The position numbers and the translations under genes were made by a program. The notes under the pieces were generated by a model. The model searched no databases and was not told the origin of the DNA. It was given only the letters and a program-made list of their open reading frames with translations. This document shows positions 57,301 to 64,000 of a stretch of 64,000 nt of DNA, piece by piece; position 1 is the first letter of the stretch; each line of letters begins with the position of its first letter. Source of the DNA: Heteronotia binoei (lineage: Eukaryota); contig NC_083237.1 in NCBI RefSeq assembly GCF_032191835.1, positions 29,946,001-30,010,000 on the forward strand. The letters run 5' to 3'.

Positions 57301-60300
57301 CAGCAGATAAGAACACTAGCTGTGCTGGATCAGACAAATGATACATCTAGGCCTGTTTCCTGTAATGACCAACCGGATGCTTCTAGAAGGTCTGCAAGTT
57401 GCAAATGTGAGGAATCCTGCTGGTGTTGCCTTCCCCAGCTGCTGGCATTCAGAGGAATTCTGCCTCTGAACTTTCAGGTCCCATTTAGCCATCATGGCTA
57501 CTTAGATTTCTTAACACTGCCTTGTAGAGGTGCCAACTCCAGGTTGAGGGATTCCTGGAGATTTGGGATGGAATTTGGGGAGGGACCTCAGTGGGGTGAT
57601 TACCCTCAAAAGTAGCCATTTCTTCTGAGTGACCAGATGTTGAGATTCTGGGAAATCTCCAGGCCCCACCTGAAGGCTGGTGATTCTACTTCCTGGGCAA
57701 ATGGCAGGAGACTTTGGCAGATGGGCCTGGAGAGAATGGAGTTTGGGAAGATTCTGATGTCACTTCTAGGCAACACTTTAGTTTGCCTGAGAGCAGCAAA
57801 TTCTTTGAGTGTCGCTGTGAGGAGGCCATTTTTTCCTCCTGCTCCTCAGTTCCTTGGGGTTGGGGTGGATAGGTAAACGGGAGACCTATGGCTACTGGCC
57901 ACTGGTGGACCCTTCTAATTTATCTGGTCGTGTTTCAAAGCAATGAGCCATCACTACTCGCTGTGACAGTGAGTTCTGCCAGTTAATTATGCAGCTTAAG
58001 AACTACTTTCTTTTTGTCAGAGGCTTTTTGTCTCATGCTTTGCAATTCTTGAGTTCAGTCTCTGACATGTCCAGTTAGTGAATTTTGGTAAGTAGGGTTG
58101 GCCCTGACCCTAAAGAGCTGCTGCCAGCCAAAGTAGACAGTATTGAGTGTGATGGAGTCAGTGGTCTGACTTCTGTTTAGGGGCAACTGCTCAGACTCTT
58201 CATTCAGTGCTACTTTAAGCTGCTTTCTTCTCTCCTGCAGTGAAGTGCTGCCTGATGCTCCAGTTGAGGACCAGGGAAATAGGGATGGTGCATCCACAGG
58301 TAAGTTACTAGACATCCACCTGACCTTTTAGAGAATGCTGAATTAAGCTGTCCTTAAAATACAGACCATTTGAATAATAAAATATCTCTGAGCTCTCTTG
58401 GTTGCAGTAGTGGCTGGCTGGCAGACCTTAGACATCTGTCTGACTCTTAGAAATCATGCTATATTGCTCTGGGTTCTGGCTGTTTCCCCTTTGAGGAAGA
58501 AACAACTCCCCACAGTTATCCATGCTTTAACATCCAGGCTTGATTTGCCACAGTGTGTTGTATTGGGGAAAATCTTCAGGAACTGCTGCTGATCCTGAAT
58601 GCGACAGGATCTAGTCAGTACTGGTTGAGAGATCTCTTAGCATCCCTCTACACACAGCTGTGAATATTGAGGTGGAAGAAAGGCAAGATGAGAGATTAAA
58701 TGCATTAAGTAAACAATTTGCGCCATATTGAGCTTCCTAACCCTGCTCTCTGTTTCAGGTTCCATAGGGGATCAGTATGAGAATATATCCGAGTCTCCAG
58801 CGTCCTCACGGCATTCGCTCGGTGAGTGAGGAAAGAGAAGGGGGGGGAGGAAGGGAGGGCACAACAAATCAAGGTTGCATCAGAAATGACTTGGGAAGGG
58901 AGAGAGAAGTTTTCAAGAGAATCCTGCAATGTGGAATTAGCTGATTAAAATTGGAACCTAGGTTTTCATTTTTTGGATGCAGTTGGATGTAAGAGTGTTT
59001 CAGAAAATAAGTCTCTGTCACTCACAGATTCTTTCTGATGTGTTAAAAGTGTAAACTTTAAAATATTGGGATGTAACCCCAAAGAAAAGGACATTTCTCC
59101 ACAACTGCCTTAATGTTTGTTAATGAGTTTTAGATGTTGTTTTCCTGAAGTCTCTTTTAGAGTTCAGAAACTAAATTTCAAAGTTGACGGTTTTAGAATT
59201 CTTGAAAGACTTGATGTGACTTCTAAAAATGTGACTGATTTAAAAAACAAAATGTTACATGCTTTTCTCATATTTCTAGCCTGTTGCCCTCTGAAGATCT
59301 CTAGAAGTCATTTATCCAGACATGCCCGCAGCCTGAGCATCAAGGCTGAGTGGGATCTCCTTGGAGGCAAACTAGGGGCGGTCTTAGGGGCAAACTAGGT
59401 GTGACTTGAAAATTGATCCCATCCTCCTTGTGTTTAAAGTGATGCTGTGTGCATGTTTAGTAAAAAAAAAGATGCAAGTGTGTGCCCAAGTGAGAGAAGC
59501 TAAACCATGCCCTGTCCCCAGAGACAATGAGTTGAGGCCAGACAGGACATTTGACCAGCTCCAAAAGTACCTTGAATATAGCTCCCTGTTAATTGTTTAG
59601 CATCTGAAAGGCTTCCCGCTAACATTGCCAGCCTCCAGGTGGGGCCTGGAGATCTCCTGCTTTTAAGTGAACTCCAGCTGGCAGAGATCAGCTCCCCTGG
59701 AGGAAATGGCTGCCTTGAAGGGGGGACTCTATGGAATTGTACTATGCCGAGGCCCCTCCCCAAACCCCACCTTCTCCCAGATCCGCCCCCCCAAGTCTCC
59801 CAAGTATTTTCCAACCCAGACCTGGCAACCATATTTCCCACCTTGGTTTTATGCAAATCCCTATTGGATCAAAATGTGACATATACATAATGCTAACTTT
59901 TATTATACTGAGGGTCTGTTCAAGTTACTGGGGCAGACCTTCCACTTTTTAAAAGGCACTCCCTATGAATTTTGAGTTCCCCATCTGCTAACTGGGTAGC
60001 CTTTAGGTAGTGTGTCACTCTTCTGATGTGGTAAATGAACTTTTATTATAATACCATTGTCTCACCTTATTACTATTTGATATTTGGTAGGGTTATACCC
60101 CAAATAAGGAACTGTGTTTGAGAAGGGTCTTTGCCTCTATAAATTCTCACTCAGAAGTGGGTGCCTAGGCACCCTGAAAGTTGAAACAGAAATCAAATTT
60201 ATTAGAATAAACCAGCAGGGGATGGAAAAGTATATTTACAAGTGAGCTTTGGTTAGGATTGGTAAAGAGACGTTTAAAGATACATCTAAAAACTGCTTTT

Positions 60301-61859
60301 TACAACACTAGAGATACTTAGAGAGTTTTTTTTTCTCCCTTTGGTTTACTTTGGCTTGCTGCTGTTATAGATATTCCATTGCTTATACCATGATACAGGT
60401 ATTACTAGAGTGTCTTATACCTCCTTTTGCTCTTTATTGGTCACACAGATTTGAGATCTTATTATGATTTAACCCTGTGTTTATAGACCTATCTGCCCCT
60501 ACTTTTTCTGGCCAGATTGTTGTTCTCTTCTCCTTAAGAGCAATAACTTCCTTTGACTTGCTTGCAGGACTCCTATGCCTCCTCAAACCTTTCCTGTCTT
60601 CCTGAAAGACAGTCTGTGTAAACTGGTTAATAAGCCTTCATACTGAGAATGGGCTCTGTGAACTGTCAATCATTTTTCAGCTAGTTCACCCTTTCTCAAA
60701 CAGCATTGCTTAAAAGCCTGCAATCGTTTGCTGTCCATCACAGAAGCCTCTATTTTGTATTGCTTCCTTGTCTTGAGTTTTTAACTACACAGGCCTTTGT
60801 TTAGGCTTGGCAGTGCCTTTCCTAAACTGTGGAAGGCATTCTATCTGGGCTTAAATTAGTATGGTTTTAAATAGTTTCCAAGCAACCTGTAGGGCAGGGG
60901 TGGCCAAACTGCGGCTCGGGAGCCGCATGTGGCTCTCACACATATTGTATGGCTCAGTTTCAAAGCCCCCACCTCCCCATCAGTTGCGTTGAAGAAGGCA
61001 TGTCTCTCTTTAAATCACTTCTCCAAGCCCGGCCAGCTGGCTGCTTGGAGAAAGCATTTAAAATTGCTTTCTTTCCACCTCTCTCTCACACCTCTCCTTC
61101 CTGCCTGCCTTGCAGCTCTCAAACATCTGACACTTATTCTATGTGGCTCTTACGTTAAGCAAGTTTGGCCACCCCTGCTCTAGGGAATCTGACTCTCTTG
61201 TGTTTCTCTTTCAGCTTCCTTTTAAGTATTCCGCAAGCAGTGCTCCCTCTAAGCTGAGTGTGAGTTAGCTCACCATTTTTTAGCTCAGGAAAAATGGCTT
61301 CAGAGCAATCTAAGTTATGCTGTAGCTCACACTTTTAATGCCAGTAGCTCACCAAGAAGAATTTTTGCTCACAAGACTCCACAGCTTCGAGGGGAAAGCT
61401 TCCTCTTTTCAAATCAGTTTTGGACTTTAGGGGTAAACTTTCCATTGACCTGAATGCTGAACTTAACAGCATTGTGGTTACTTAAATGTTTGGCTCTTAA
61501 ACTTTTGACTATTTTCTAACTATACAATATTGGCTCTGCAGTAATAGTGAGGTAAAGGAATTACTGATTTGCCTTAGTGTGACTCTCTCTTCTTGCCTCT
61601 TACTACAGGAGAATATGTCAATGTGCTTGAACCAGATCCCACCATCCTAGACTTTTGTGTTGGTGAGTGAAGGGGAAACCTTCAGTACAAGGGTGGGGCA
61701 AGAGTCAACCCCTCTCCATCTTCATCAAGCTCTACCATCTTCATCAAGTACCCCCTCAGGAGTGTGCAATTTTCTTATCTTCCAGAGGGTGGCAATAGTG
61801 ACCTGGAAAGTGAAGATGACACCCCAGACTATGAGAACATCATCTGCCCTAGAATTTGA
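51393..61859 (+). CDS. LAT: Linker for activation of T cells, 11 coding exons, 206 aa
   Basis: Exons 51393-51507, 51624-51651, 54106-54158, 55111-55153, 56075-56130, 56907-56933, 57185-57233, 58241-58299, 58759-58821, 61609-61662, 61786-61859 (621 nt, open frame). Type III TM followed by a CIGC palmitoylation motif; tyrosine motifs SYENE, PGYIEVLPD, QYENI, EYVNV, DYENI. A donor lies just after the stop (61861), with a non-coding last exon from ~62008. Downstream of SPNS1, as in mammals. Confidence 0.92.
56247..56768. mobile_element. hAT MITE (CAGGGGTGTCAAAC TIR family) in LAT intron 5
   Basis: TIRs present, perfect TSD GTTTAGAG. Confidence 0.8.
59618..59830. mobile_element. Short GGGTTGCCA-family MITE (representative of many copies)
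   Basis: Core GAGATCAGTTCCCCTGGAGAAAATGGCTGC..GGTGGACTCTATGG also seen at ~955-1145, 16420-16630, 19855-20045, 20420-20610, 22675-22885, 31190-31495, 51870-52070, 52730-52835 and 57530-57680. Confidence 0.6.
60895..61177. mobile_element. hAT MITE (CAGGGGTGGCCAAAC TIR) in LAT intron 9
   Basis: TIRs CAGGGGTGGCCAAACT/AGTTTGGCCACCCCTG; TSD CTGTAGGG/CTCTAGGG (7/8). Confidence 0.75.
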
Positions 61860-62376
61860 GGTACTTGGAGTCTAGAAAATGGGGTTGAAAAGAACTTAAT
61901 GCACAACAAGGCACAGTATTTAAAGCCAGCAATTGGCCATGGTGTGAGAAATGAGAAGAATTCTAATTGTATATGGAGTCTTAACTCTCTTGTTTTTCCC
62001 CACTTAGGCTGAGAAGCTAATTCTGAGGCAGTATTCTTTAGTGACTCTGATTGCCTCCATCTGGGATGGATCACGGATGATCTTGTTACCTGAGGACACC
62101 CCACCTACTCCCAATCAGCTGCCCCAAAGGCTGCCATAATTTATTGCCCTTCTTTGCACTTTGGTTGACAAATCCTGAGAATTTCCTGAGAACTTCCTAC
62201 AATCTTTTGGCGTCTCCCCATCAAAGTTCAGCAACTTGACTGTTGAAGTGGGGTCTGATTTCCTCGCAAAAGCAATCTGAGTCGAGTTTCTCTTAGAAAT
62301 GAATAAAGAACCTGGAGTTCTGTCATCTTTGTATGTGAATGAAGATTGGGGATGGGGGTTGGGTTCAACAAATGAA

Positions 62377-62641
62377 GACATTGGATTTATATCCCGCCCT
62401 ATACTCTGAATCTCAGAGTCTCAGAGCAGCCACAATCTCCTTTACCTTCCTCCCCTCACAACAGACACCCTGTAAGGTAGGTGGGGTTGAGAGAGCTCTT
62501 ATAGCAGCTGCCCTTTCATGGACAACTCCTATAAGAGCTATGGCTGACCCAAGACCATTCCAGCAGCTGCAAGTGGAGCAGTGGGGAATCAAACCTGGTT
62601 CTCCCAGATAAGAGTCTGCACACTTAACCACTACACCAAAC
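62377..62641 (-). mobile_element. Squam3-type SINE downstream of LAT
   Basis: Reverse complement of the same consensus. Confidence 0.8.
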
Positions 62642-63447
62642 CATAGCAACAGTTTGCATGATGGGCAGATAGCTAAATTTCAGTAATCATTAAAGGTTGG
62701 ATCTTCAGTTTTGGTTTCCACTAAAAGCAGAAATAAGTGTGTAGGTAAACATGTTTATGAAAAACTGTTCATATTTTGATTCAAAAGATTTTCCCTCTCC
62801 CCACACACCCCTCCTGGATATGACCACACATTGGAATTTTCAACAGAAAGAGTCACCCTTCTTTACAAAAGGCTTCTGTTTCACTGGTAGATTTCCTTTA
62901 CAGTACTGTTTCTTTTCCTTTGTCAGTGACAGTCACTTCAAGAGGAGATGTCTGCTGGGCAAATGACATTTGGGTGGGTGGATGGCAATTAATTCACATC
63001 TTTCTTTCCTCACATCTTCCATAGCCCTGATCCACATCAGCCTTCTCACCACCTCAGATTTTTATTTAGATATTTGTACCCCGTTTTCTGCCCAGTGGGG
63101 ACCCAAACCATCTTACAGCATTCCTCTATCCTGTTTTAGCCTCACAACAACCCTGGTTAGGTCTGCAAGGCTGAGACTGGCCCAGAGGCACTCTGTGAGC
63201 TTTGGTGGCACGGAGGAGGTTAAAACCGGAGTCTTCTGCATACTAGGCTGCCTCTAACCACTGCGTGTTGTGTCTGCTTTTTACTGGCATGGAAAACACC
63301 ATAAGATCTTGTCATGACTTCCCTCTTAATGTATGTAATGCATTAAGAATTTAATTCCAAACACTTCATTTAATGTTCCTCACTGAATTGTGCCCAAGCT
63401 CTAAGGCCTCTTCATTGGACTATGTGGCCCTGCGGATGAGGCTCTTA

Positions 63448-64000
63448 TGTTATACTAATATATGAATCCAGGTTTTAATAAAGCAAAAGAACACTTTATT
63501 TGTATACAAAGTATATTGGTTTCAGGATGTATAACTAATAATTTCAGTGGATAAAACAGTGGGAATTAATAACTACTAAGTGCGGTCAAACTCATTCACT
63601 TCACTAACACTCCTCACTCTCAGTTCCTTCTTAAACTCAAGGTTCTGTCAGCTTCTCTCTCACACACTCTTATAATACTTTGACAGTATTAGAGTGGACT
63701 CTGTTTAGCCTCTAGTATGTGTTTAGCCTCTAGTATGTCCTTAGTATTATCAATCTCTTTTTTCGAAACTTTAATGCCTTTTACAGCACTAAATGGATTT
63801 CTAACTAGAAGACTGTGATTTCAAAGTCCCTAGGCTGCTGCTTGACCACGACTGATGGTAAAAACTGCTAATACTCTGCTGAGAGTTAACTGCTGGCTGA
63901 CTTCTGTCTCTCTCTCCCCACACACTTCTTAGCTCTGTCCACACTCTGAGTCACCAGCCAATCACCTCACTCACCCCCCTCTTTCACCCACCTTTCTCTA
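63448..64000 (-). mobile_element. Probable LTR, truncated by the window end
   Basis: Plus strand begins TGTTATAC (a ...TAACA terminus on the minus strand). Minus-strand AATAAA/ATTAAA lie near that end and ATTGG near 63957-63962. The other terminus and TSD are not visible. Confidence 0.45.

Overview
Eukaryotic genomic DNA from a squamate reptile. A gecko is likely, inferred from Squam3- and Sauria-type SINEs, 5S-derived SINEs and CR1/BovB fragments. There is one assembly gap (36794-37080). I reconstructed four spliced plus-strand genes by eye from GT-AG sites, exon phase and protein motifs. (1) An unnamed Ig-superfamily type I membrane gene (4792-11670, ~435 aa): signal peptide, B7-H6/tapasin-like V domain, two C1-set domains, Cys/Pro/Thr stalk, TM and short tail, with a strong ISRE just upstream of its ATG. 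(2) NFATC2IP (8 coding exons, 312 aa). (3) SPNS1 (12 coding exons, 519 aa). (4) LAT (11 coding exons, 206 aa). NFATC2IP-SPNS1-LAT matches the human 16p11.2 gene order, but the upstream slot that holds CD19 in mammals holds the V-C1-C1 gene here. The most interesting observations are that orphan, probably interferon-inducible IgSF gene; an inverted pair of Penelope-type minimal hammerhead ribozymes in its intron 2 (antisense copy nearly intact, sense copy mutated in the core); an atypical shifted-register 5' splice site in LAT; an OC1-like hAT MITE carrying an ETS-CRE motif upstream of NFATC2IP; a solo LTR upstream of SPNS1; and a perfect 56-bp inverted duplication written into a SINE tail. Family names for repeats come from recalled consensus sequences, not from a search.
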